Part shown: positions 17,456 through 25,314 of the stretch, in pieces
Numbering within the stretch: the first letter of the stretch is position 1
Layout: every line of letters begins with the position of its first letter
NCBI GenBank assembly: GCA_021815525.1
Contig: JAKAGN010000001.1
Coordinates: 1-25,314 of the forward strand
Length of the DNA: 25,314 nt
Direction of reading: 5' to 3'
Source: Deltaproteobacteria bacterium
GTDB taxonomy: Bacteria; Desulfobacterota; Desulfobacteria; Desulfobacterales; Desulfatibacillaceae
Translations under genes and position numbers: made by a program
The notes under the pieces: generated by a model
What the model was told of the DNA's origin: nothing
Databases searched by the model: none
Seen by the model: the letters and a program-made list of their open reading frames with translations, nothing else

Positions 17456-18147
17456 ACACCAACCCTCCACTCGTGCTGGTGGTTGAGGACGAGCCGCCCA
17501 TGCTGCGCTTCCTGGCCACGGCCCTCGCCGCGCGGGATTTTCGGACGGCCGAGGCAAAATCCTGCAAGGAAGCCCTGGTGGCCGCCACCTCCCAGAACCC
17601 CGAGATAATCCTCCTGGACCTGGGCCTTCCGGACGGCGACGGCATCGCCCTGACCCGGAAAATTCGGGAGTGGAGCCAGGTTCCCATCATCGTGATCTCG
17701 GCCCGGGGAAGGGAGAACGACAAGGTGGAGGCTCTGGACGCGGGCGCGGACGACTACCTCACCAAGCCCTTCGGCGTGGACGAGCTGATGGCCCGGATCC
17801 GGGTGGCCCTGCGCCACGCCGCGGGCGGCGCCTCCGGCGGCCCGGCCGTCCTGGACATAGGGCCCCTCCATTTGGATCTCGCCCGCCGCGAGGTGGCGGT
17901 GGACGGCCGGGAGATACACCTCACCCCCCTGGAGTACCGCCTGCTGGTCCTTCTGGCCCAAAACGCCGGAAAGGTCCTTACCCACCGCCAGATTTTAAAG
18001 GAGGTGTGGGGCCCCCCCTACGCCCACCAAACCCAGTACCTGCGGGTTTTCATGGCCCAACTCCGCCGTAAGGTGGAGCCCGATCCCGCCCGGCCCCGGC
18101 TTCTTCTCACCGAGCCCGGGGTGGGGTACCGGATGAGGGACATATAG
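17452..18147 (+). CDS. kdpE: Response regulator KdpE (OmpR family)
   Basis: GTG start overlapping the kdpD stop. Motifs VEDE, LLDLGLPDGDG, GADDYLTKPFG, YLRVFMAQLRRK and TEPGVGYR. Confidence 0.96.
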   Translation: MNTNPPLVLVVEDEPPMLRFLATALAARDFRTAEAKSCKEALVAATSQNPEIILLDLGLPDGDGIALTRKIREWSQVPIIVISARGRENDKVEALDAGADDYLTKPFGVDELMARIRVALRHAAGGASGGPAVLDIGPLHLDLARREVAVDGREIHLTPLEYRLLVLLAQNAGKVLTHRQILKEVWGPPYAHQTQYLRVFMAQLRRKVEPDPARPRLLLTEPGVGYRMRDI

Positions 18148-18215
18148 CATCGCACCCAAGGGAAAAAGGTCCCCCTTCCACAAGGGCCGTTCCGGTATTT
18201 TTGACGCTTTCACGC

Positions 18216-18248
18216 AAAAAGGCCCCGGCGCATTGCCGGAGCCTTTTT
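18216..18248. terminator. Bidirectional intrinsic terminator between convergent genes
   Basis: AAAAAGGC-CCCGGC-gcatt-GCCGG-A-GCCTTTTT: a GC stem flanked by A5/T5 tracts, lying between kdpE and the convergent gene. Confidence 0.75.
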
Positions 18249-18285
18249 CCATCGAACGATGAATTCCTGGGGAAAGCCGCGAGCC

Positions 18286-19398
18286 TTAAAGTCCCTTGCC
18301 GAAATTCCTGCGCCTCAAGGTGACGATCCCCAAGGCCAAAAGCCCCGTCAACACGGCTATGGCCACGACGGAGTATGCGCGGGTGCGGGAAAAAAGGCGC
18401 GCCATCTTACGGTGGGCGTCATAGAAGGAGCCGGTGTTCCGGGCGGAAAGGATGAAGCAGATCTGCTTAAAGATGTCCATTTCCTTGTGATAATAGGGCC
18501 GCGATCCGGGGTTGGGGTTTGGGTTCGGGTTGGGAAGGGGCGCTCCAACGAAGCCGGGCTCGGGCGGCTCCACGAACTGGGCGGGGATTTCCGGGATGGC
18601 GCCTAAAATTTCGCCGCCGGCCTGGACCAGAAGCATGTCCCCGCCCTGCCCTTCCATCCTGATAATGGGGATGTTGATGCTAAGATACACCTCGCCGGCC
18701 GGAAGGGTGGGATGCCCGGGTTTCATCCAGAAAACGCTGCCGAAGGAGATGAAGGTCTGCACCCCCTCGCCCAGGTCCTGGAGAAGCCGCATGGCCGAGC
18801 CGACCGTGAGATCGAACAGCGCATCCGGAAAGGTGTGCTGCCACTCGGGGTAGTCCACGCAGGCCGGCTCCTCGTGGGCAGGCACGAATACGCTGTCCCA
18901 TAGGCCGTCCGGGTCGCCGTCGACGTCCTGGAGGGTTCCCTGGGCGTTGAAGGCGCTCACCGCGGAAAAAATCGAAAAGAAGTTGAAGGTGGGCGAGCCG
19001 TTCCGTTTTCCGAAGGTCAGGAAAAGTGGAACCAGGCCGTTTGCGATGTTCATGTCGGTGTAAACCACCCCATTTATGGTGGCGGTGGGGATTTCCTGGG
19101 CCACCCGGTCGCCGCCCTGGGTTCCGGAGAGCTGGTAGAGGTAGGCTTGGCCCGCGTCTCCGTCCGGGTTTACGCCCCGGTGCCCCAGGATGGCCACCAC
19201 GTGGGTGACGTCATCATAGATGGCGGTGAAGTAAGGGTCAGTATCCTGATCGATGCTGGTGCCGCCGCTCAGGTAGAGCCTGTCCATGCCCGACACCAGC
19301 ACGGTGTGCGCGGCGGCTCCAGCGGGCGAAGCCGTGACAAAGGGCAGGCAAAGGCAAACCAGCGCCAACGTGAAGGCAAGGCTCTGCGCACGCTTCAT
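18286..19398 (-). CDS. Secreted/surface hypothetical protein with Pro-Asn linker and CFI-box-CTERM-like tail
   Basis: 370 aa, RBS AGGGAG. Sec-type signal peptide (MKRAQSLAFTLALVCLCLPFVTASPAGA), PNPNPNPNP linker, then CFILSA, a TM helix and RRR at the C-terminus. Confidence 0.8.
   Translation of the reverse strand: MKRAQSLAFTLALVCLCLPFVTASPAGAAAHTVLVSGMDRLYLSGGTSIDQDTDPYFTAIYDDVTHVVAILGHRGVNPDGDAGQAYLYQLSGTQGGDRVAQEIPTATINGVVYTDMNIANGLVPLFLTFGKRNGSPTFNFFSIFSAVSAFNAQGTLQDVDGDPDGLWDSVFVPAHEEPACVDYPEWQHTFPDALFDLTVGSAMRLLQDLGEGVQTFISFGSVFWMKPGHPTLPAGEVYLSINIPIIRMEGQGGDMLLVQAGGEILGAIPEIPAQFVEPPEPGFVGAPLPNPNPNPNPGSRPYYHKEMDIFKQICFILSARNTGSFYDAHRKMARLFSRTRAYSVVAIAVLTGLLALGIVTLRRRNFGKGL
18508..18534 (-). 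repeat. Hexanucleotide coding tandem repeat, (Pro-Asn)4-Pro
   Basis: Minus strand CCC AAC CCG AAC CCA AAC CCC AAC CCC. Confidence 0.85.
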
Positions 19399-19453
19399 GG
19401 CCGTCTCCCTGCTTGGGGGATGGATGAAATAATCCTCGATTTCTTATTTGTTA

Positions 19454-19476
19454 TTAAAAAAAAAGGATATTGTCAA
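19454..19476 (-). promoter_or_regulatory. Candidate sigma70 promoter for the secreted protein gene
   Basis: TTGACA on the minus strand (19476-19471) followed by an AT-rich tract; the -10 match is weak (TAACAA at 17-nt spacing). Confidence 0.3.
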
Positions 19477-19785
19477 GTGGGACTCAAAGTAACGCTTAAA
19501 TCGAAAGAACCCCTCGATGAATCATCGTCCCGCGCATCGCATCTCCCGCAATTCAATGTCTAATTTTTTCCTCAAATTTCATACTGTTAGGTGATAGTAA
19601 CATATATTTTGAACGCTCAAAAGATGGGCGCTTTATAAGGCAATGATTTTAGGATGTTATACTATGGGGGGCACAGTTTTAACCTAAGCTCAATGATCCG
19701 GCGGTTCAAGGGGGGGACGATTGCGGAGCCCAGGCGCCTTTTGGAAAGGGCTCGGGGAGGAGGTTGTCGCATCCCCCTCACCGCT

Positions 19786-22700
19786 CTATTTCACACTCAC
19801 GGTAAAGCTGATGGACCCGGAGAGCCCCGCGTTCAGCACGCCGGAAAGCACGGCCCGGACGTTGGTCACGGTGGGATCGGCCCCCGCGCCCACGTTGTCG
19901 TTGGTCCAGGAAATGCCGCCGTCGCGGGAGACCTGGAAGGCGGCGCCCGTGAGGCCCGAGGGAAGGCTCGCCGCGCCAGTCTGAAGCACGTAGGATGTGT
20001 ATGGGGATATCTCGTCGTAGAGGACCACGGTGTTCAGGGCCGTGGCTCCCTTGTTGAAGAAGGTGGTGGTGTAGACGATGGCGTTGCCGGGTTTGACCGG
20101 AACTCCCGGCGCGGGCACCGAGCTTTTGGTGAGGAGGAGGTCCCCCGCCACCGCCTGGGTGGTGTCGATGACGGAGGGGGTCTGGGAAAGGGCGAAATCC
20201 CTGGCGCTCGCAGTGATGATGGAGACGTCCACGTAGCCCGTGGGGGTTGAGGTGGGGGCGAATATCTTGACCGTGAAGGACGCCCTCTCGGTGGCGCCGC
20301 CGGCGATCCTGGCGTCGAAGTCGCCTCTCACTGCGTCGTACTGGGTGGTGATGGTGAAAAGACCCGTGCAGCGCCAGAACCAGGTTTCCGTCGTCGCCGG
20401 GCCGATGTCGGTTACGCTCACGACGTTTAGGGGAATGTTCCCCGCGGTGTAATAGTAATAGGTGGCCCGGCCGCGCGCGTTCCGGAGGGTTACGCCGTCT
20501 GAATCATAGAGATCGTTCGACGTGAAGTCCGGGGCCGCGATTATGGCCCGGCCGTTGAAGCTTTTCCGGAGGGTCCCCAGCGTGGGCTCCACGATGGTGA
20601 AGGAGATGGGTGTCCCCCCGTTGGTCTGCCTGGTGACGCTGGTGCTCCCGTCGTCGTTCTTCCGGTTCCAGGTGAAGGAGGCCACGTTCCCCATGGAATC
20701 ACCGCGGTCCACCCGCCCGTTCCCGTTGGCGTCCACCGAGCCGGTGGCCGTCACGAAGGTCTTGTCCACGGTGCAGACGATGCGCACGATGACGGTGTTA
20801 TTGGCTGCGATGGTGACGGCCGGAACGTCGCCTATGGCGCCGGAGACCGTCCAGGTGCCGTTGCCGTTGGCGACCGGGGCCCCGAAGGCGCCGGTGACGT
20901 TCACCCCAGAGTCGTTGGAGTAGGCCCAGGAGGCGGAGAGGGCCTTGAGCCCGTCCGGTATGGTGTCGGTGAAGGTGAGGTCTTATACGGAAAGGTTCTG
21001 GGGCACCACGAGCCGGGCCTTGTAGGTCACCCGCTCGCCGATGGTGGCGCGGCCGGAGCTGTCCGAAACCTCGGTGGGGTCCTGGGCCGGGAGGGTCTGG
21101 CGCATTGTGACGGCCTTGGTGGGAAGCGGCGATGCCGTCTGATGGCTGCGGGTCAAGGGCGCGAGATAGCTGGGGTTTCCAGCGCCCACCGTGTTGCCGT
21201 ATGAGCGGTCCTTGTTGGGCCAGGGCGCGGGGACGGTGCCGGGGAAGGACGTGTAGCTCGAAACGTAGGCGTTCGTGGTGAAGGTGGTGTCGGTGCCCAC
21301 CAATCCGTCCACCGTGCAGCGGTAGGTGATCTCGAAGTACTGCCCCCGGAGAAGCTGGGCGGCAGCGGTTTGGAGGAGGCTCACCGTGAAGACGCCCGTG
21401 GCCTGGACCCAGTTCGTGGTGTAATCCACGCCGGCGGTGAGTGCCGCACCGTTCGCCGAGATGGCCTGAATCTGGGGCCCTGCGTCGGTGTTCCCACCGG
21501 AACGGCCGTTTTCTGGAGGTCCGCCGTGCGGAAGCGGGAGGCGATCACGGTGACGCTGGTGGTCTTGGCGAGGTTCGCCGGATGCGTCCCGGCGTTGAAG
21601 GCGACGCCGTGGTGGACGAAGGAGAGCGCCGCCGTGTTGGTGAGGACGTCGCCCCGGTTGGCGGCGTTGGCCACCCTGGCGATGACGGTGATGGATACAT
21701 TCTGCGCGCCGTTCACCGTCCCGGTGCCGCCGGTGAGGTTCCAGGTGAGGACCTGACCCGCCACGGAGTTGGGCGCGGGAACCGCCGAGACGTAAGTCAT
21801 GTTGGCGGGGAGCGTGTCGGTCAGGGCCACCGAGGTGTAGGGGCCGTTGTCGGAAAAATGGGCCTCGATGGTGTAGGTTATGGCGTTTCCGTGGGTGGCG
21901 TCCGCGGTGGTGTTGGTGGGAGCGTTCGTGATGGAAGCCGGCGTGTTCACCGAGGCGATGGTCTTCCGGACCTCCGCGCCCGCAAGATAGCCTATGGACT
22001 GGTCGTTGTTGTACTGGCAGACGTCCGTGCCGTTCAAATCCACGCAGTAGCCGTTCACGGAGACGATGGCGCGGAGGTCCCCGCCGCCGGTCTTGACCTG
22101 GGCCGAGTAGACCCAGGTGAGGCTAGCGCCCGGAGCCAGCGTCACGGTGCCCCGGTTCCAGGTGGCCACGTTTCCGGCGAGCGAGTCCTCGGCCGTGCCC
22201 GAGATCCGCGCCATGGCCTGGTAGCCGTTTCCGAGGGCCAGATTGAAGGTGAGGTTTCCCGCCGTCCCGTCGCCGGAAACAAAGTTCATGGAAACCCCCG
22301 CCGTGGACTCGGCGCCCACGTTGGACCAGCCCACGTAGGTGACGTTGGGGGGCAGAATGTCCTTCAGGGTCACCACCGGCGCCGAGCCGTCGCCGTTAGA
22401 ACTGAGCCTCACCTTCCACTCCAGGGTCTGGCCCTTCTCGCCCCACACCACCGAGTTGGTCCAGGCGCCGTTCCAGGGCGCGCCCGAGGGGTTGCGGCTC
22501 TGGACCAGGACGTCCACGTTGGCGTTGGCTGGAAGCTCCGTCACCATGTTGAGGGAGGACAATGAAAGCGGATCGCCCATGTTGGCGTGATCGCAGGGCT
22601 TGTCGAAAAGGACCTCGGCCTGGGCCTGGCGGCTTCCGTTGTAGTAGTCGGTGGCGGACGCACAGTCGGGAATGTAGGCCTTGAATTGGATCTCGATCTG

Positions 22701-23580
22701 CCCGCCGGGCTTCAGCACGCGGTGCCTGAGCCCGTCCGCGTCGGCCTCGTGTCCTTCCGTGGTGTGATTATGGAATCGGCTTCGTTGCTGTCGTTGTTCG
22801 GGTCCATGAAGTTCCAGGTGAGGACCCGCGTGGCTGGGTTGTACGAGGTGTAGCCTCCGGCCTGTGGGAAGTTGGCCAGGGGGCCGTCCCAGGTTCCATC
22901 GCCGTTCTGGTCGATCCGGTACTGGGGCGTGCCGAAGAGGACGAGGCCAGGGGGCAGGGTCTCGCGGGCGATGGTTTCGTAGACCTCGGAGATTCACGAG
23001 TCGGAGATCCTTATGGTGAAGGTGGCGGTGGAGCCGCAGAAATCCAGGAAAGAGGGGGTGGCCGAGTGCTCGGTGACGATGATGCGGCTCTCGGCGATCC
23101 TGACGTCCGCCGTGGCGTTCAAGGGAAGGCTCCCCTGGCACTCCGTCGTCTGGCTAGCGCAAACCAGGTTGCGTTCACGATCTGGACGCTCTTGTTGGTG
23201 CAGCCCTTGGCCCGCATGGTGAAGTCCACGTAGGCCTGCTGGCCGGGGGCGATCTCGTCGAAGTAGAGGGTGAGCGGGCAACGCACCGTCACCAGGGCCG
23301 AGTCCGCCAGGTTGCAGGATGGCGCGCCGCCCGAGTCCGCACAGCCCCAGGAGGCCGCGGCGGTGGCTCCCAGTTCCGAGCAGGAGGTGGTGGAGCAGCG
23401 GATGTAGAAAATCTCCTCCCCTCCCCCGGGGATGACATCCGTGGTCCAGGTGGCCGTGTTCCCGGCGAGCGTATAGACGACACTCGTTCCCACCGCGGTG
23501 TCGTTCTTGACGGCCACGAGGGAAAGCCCGCTTTCGAAGGTGTCTGTGATGCGCTCCCCTTCCGCCTTGACCCAGGCCAT
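19786..23580 (-). pseudogene. Decayed large repetitive surface protein (DUF11/conserved-repeat Ig-like domains)
   Basis: One coherent protein is split over four consecutive frame segments. Repeated motifs ITDTFESGL, RETLPPGL, LKDILPPNVTYV, LTDTLPANMTYVS, FTDTIPDGL and LYDEISPYTSYV, with K-T/S starts and TYT strands. In-frame TGA at 22994-22996 and TAA at 20983-20985. -1 shifts at ~23165, ~22780 and ~21495. No signal peptide. Confidence 0.85.
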
Positions 23581-23763
23581 GGGATCGAATAAAATTTAAA
23601 AATTGCGTCGCAAGGATGGTGCCAGAATCCCATATCCGGGAGCTACACGATAACATTCTGGAATAAAAATATTTTTTGCAGAGGTCTTTCCTCCATCTCC
23701 AAAGGGGCGCGGCCTTTCGGCAAAACTCGGCAGAGCCTATGCCTCTTCTTGGGACGGACTTTT

Positions 23764-23800
23764 GCATAAACAATCATAAGCCTTGAAAAGCATAAACAAT
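23764..23800. repeat. 11-bp direct repeat in the divergent intergenic region
   Basis: GCATAAACAAT at 23764-23774 and 23790-23800. Confidence 0.6.
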
Positions 23801-23922
23801 TACTCCGTCGTCCTTATCGTCCTTTTTTGGTACATATCGACACGGAAACACCTTTTGAAAAAACAGGATCGAGACATCCTTCCCGGCCCGCGAAAACCGG
23901 AGCCGGAAACCGGAGACACCGC

Positions 23923-25314
23923 ATGAAACGGCCGTTTTTCCTCCTCCTCCTGTCCCTTCTGTCCCTTCTCCCGGGTTCCGTCACCGCGCTATCAGCCCTT
24001 CCAGACCCAAAGAGCACAGCCTTTGAGCACCTGAACTCCGAGAACGGCTTGAACGGCCAGTCCGTCTACACCATCGTTCAGGACAGCCGGGGCTTCATGT
24101 GGTTAGGCACCGAAAGCGGGCTCAACCGTTACGACGGTTACACCTTCAAGTGCTTTCAGAACTCGGAAAACGATCCCCGCTCCATCAGCTACAACGTGAT
24201 CAATTGCCTCCTGGAAGACGGCCAAAGGAGATTTTGGATAGGGACGGGCAGGGGCTTGAACCTCTTCGATCCGAAAACCGAAACCTTCACCAGGTACATT
24301 CACGACCCAAAGAATCCCGCAAGCCTTCCGGAAAACCGCGTTCAGGCCATCGTGGAGGAAAAAGACGGTCGCCTGTGGGTGGCCACCCTGGGGGGGCTAT
24401 CCCTCTTCGATCCCAAGACCGGCAAGTTCAAGACCTTCACCCACAAATCCGATGATCCCCGGAGCCTCCTCAATGACCAGGTGAGAAGCCTCTGCAAGGA
24501 CCGGTCGGGCAACCTGTGGATCGGGACCAACACCGGGCTTTGCCGCTACGAGCCCCGGACGGGCGCCTTCACGCCCGTGATGAGCGATCCGCGGAACCCC
24601 GCTGGCCTTTTCGGCAAGACCGTGGTGGCCCTCGTTTCGGAAGCCTCCGGCGTTCTTTGGATCGGAACCCAGCTGGGGGGCTTGGGCAGGCTCGACGTAA
24701 AAACCGGGGAGTTCCGCCTATTCCAGAGCAGGGAGAACGATCCCCGAAGCCTCAGCAACAATTCCATCTCTTCCCTTTGCATAGACCACCTGGGCCGTTT
24801 CTGGATCGGCACCCGGGGCGGCGGTCTCAACCTCCTGGATCGTAAAACCTTCACCTTCCAAGGCTTCTCCATCGACCCCGCCAATCCTTACAGCTTAACG
24901 GAACACTCCCTGGTCAGCCTTTTCGAAGACCGGACGGGAACCCTCTGGATCGGCACCATCACCGAAGGCGTCAACAAGCTGGATCCCAATGCCTTGAAAT
25001 TTCTCCCCTACCGCCATAGCGCGGCGGTTCCCGGCAGCATCGGCGGCAACATGATCCGGGGCATGTGCGAGGACCGCGAGGGATACGTGTGGGTGGCCTA
25101 TTCGGACGGTGGGCTGGACCGCTTCGATCCCAGGACCGGAATTTTTTCGCATCACTTGAAAGATACAAAGAAGCCCGGTGGGCTCAGGGGCGGCATGGTG
25201 ACCTCCGTGCTGGAGGACCACACCGGCACGATGTGGGTGGGTACCTGGGACGCGGGTCTCCACATATTCGACAGGAAGAGCGGCGCCTTCCGGCGGGTTC
25301 CCCTTGATCCGCAA
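23923..25314 (+). CDS. Beta-propeller (two-component regulator propeller, Reg_prop) ligand-binding sensor protein, N-terminal part; runs off window
   Basis: ATG 23923 with RBS GGAGA, open for 464 codons to the window end (missed by the ORF track). Hydrophobic N-terminus MKRPFFLLLLSLLSLL and nine repeats of the type VYTIVQDSRGFMWLGTESGLNRYDG / VRSLCKDRSGNLWIGTNTGL. Confidence 0.9.
   Translation, partial: MKRPFFLLLLSLLSLLPGSVTALSALPDPKSTAFEHLNSENGLNGQSVYTIVQDSRGFMWLGTESGLNRYDGYTFKCFQNSENDPRSISYNVINCLLEDGQRRFWIGTGRGLNLFDPKTETFTRYIHDPKNPASLPENRVQAIVEEKDGRLWVATLGGLSLFDPKTGKFKTFTHKSDDPRSLLNDQVRSLCKDRSGNLWIGTNTGLCRYEPRTGAFTPVMSDPRNPAGLFGKTVVALVSEASGVLWIGTQLGGLGRLDVKTGEFRLFQSRENDPRSLSNNSISSLCIDHLGRFWIGTRGGGLNLLDRKTFTFQGFSIDPANPYSLTEHSLVSLFEDRTGTLWIGTITEGVNKLDPNALKFLPYRHSAAVPGSIGGNMIRGMCEDREGYVWVAYSDGGLDRFDPRTGIFSHHLKDTKKPGGLRGGMVTSVLEDHTGTMWVGTWDAGLHIFDRKSGAFRRVPLDPQ

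Noticed and set aside
20983-22996. Stop-codon recoding (selenocysteine or alternative genetic code) or programmed frameshifting in the adhesin
   Set aside because: The two stops differ (TGA, TAA), neighbouring genes terminate normally with TGA/TAG, and no slippery heptamers were seen at the shift sites.
23750-23766. sigma54-like TGGGACGGACTTTTGCA
   Set aside because: TGG-to-GC spacing is one base off, and the register with correct spacing matches the -24 consensus poorly.

Overview
GC-rich bacterial chromosomal segment. The gene content (Ehr-type complex, Geobacter-like pilin, CFI-type C-terminal sorting signal) suggests Desulfobacterota/deltaproteobacteria, which is an inference. Left to right: (1) a minus-strand operon encoding an HTH-PTS EIIA fusion followed by hyfB-hyfC-hyfE-hyfF-hyfG-like genes. 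The large subunit lacks the N-terminal Ni-binding CxxC, so this looks like an energy-converting-hydrogenase-related (Ehr) complex rather than a true hydrogenase. It runs off the left edge and has a -1 frameshift at about position 19-20. (2) A divergent DUF362 Fe-S protein. (3) An aromatic-rich type IV pilin behind a sigma54-like promoter, plus a single-TM hypothetical. (4) A complete kdpFABCDE operon preceded by a second 27-aa hydrophobic ORF missed by the ORF track. (5) A convergent secreted protein with a PN-repeat linker and a CFI-motif/TM/RRR C-terminal tail. (6) A decayed DUF11-type repeat surface-protein gene of about 3.8 kb with 3 frameshifts, 2 in-frame stops and no visible 5' end. (7) The start of a beta-propeller (Reg_prop) sensor protein running off the right edge. 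No rRNA, tRNA, CRISPR array or transposase was seen.
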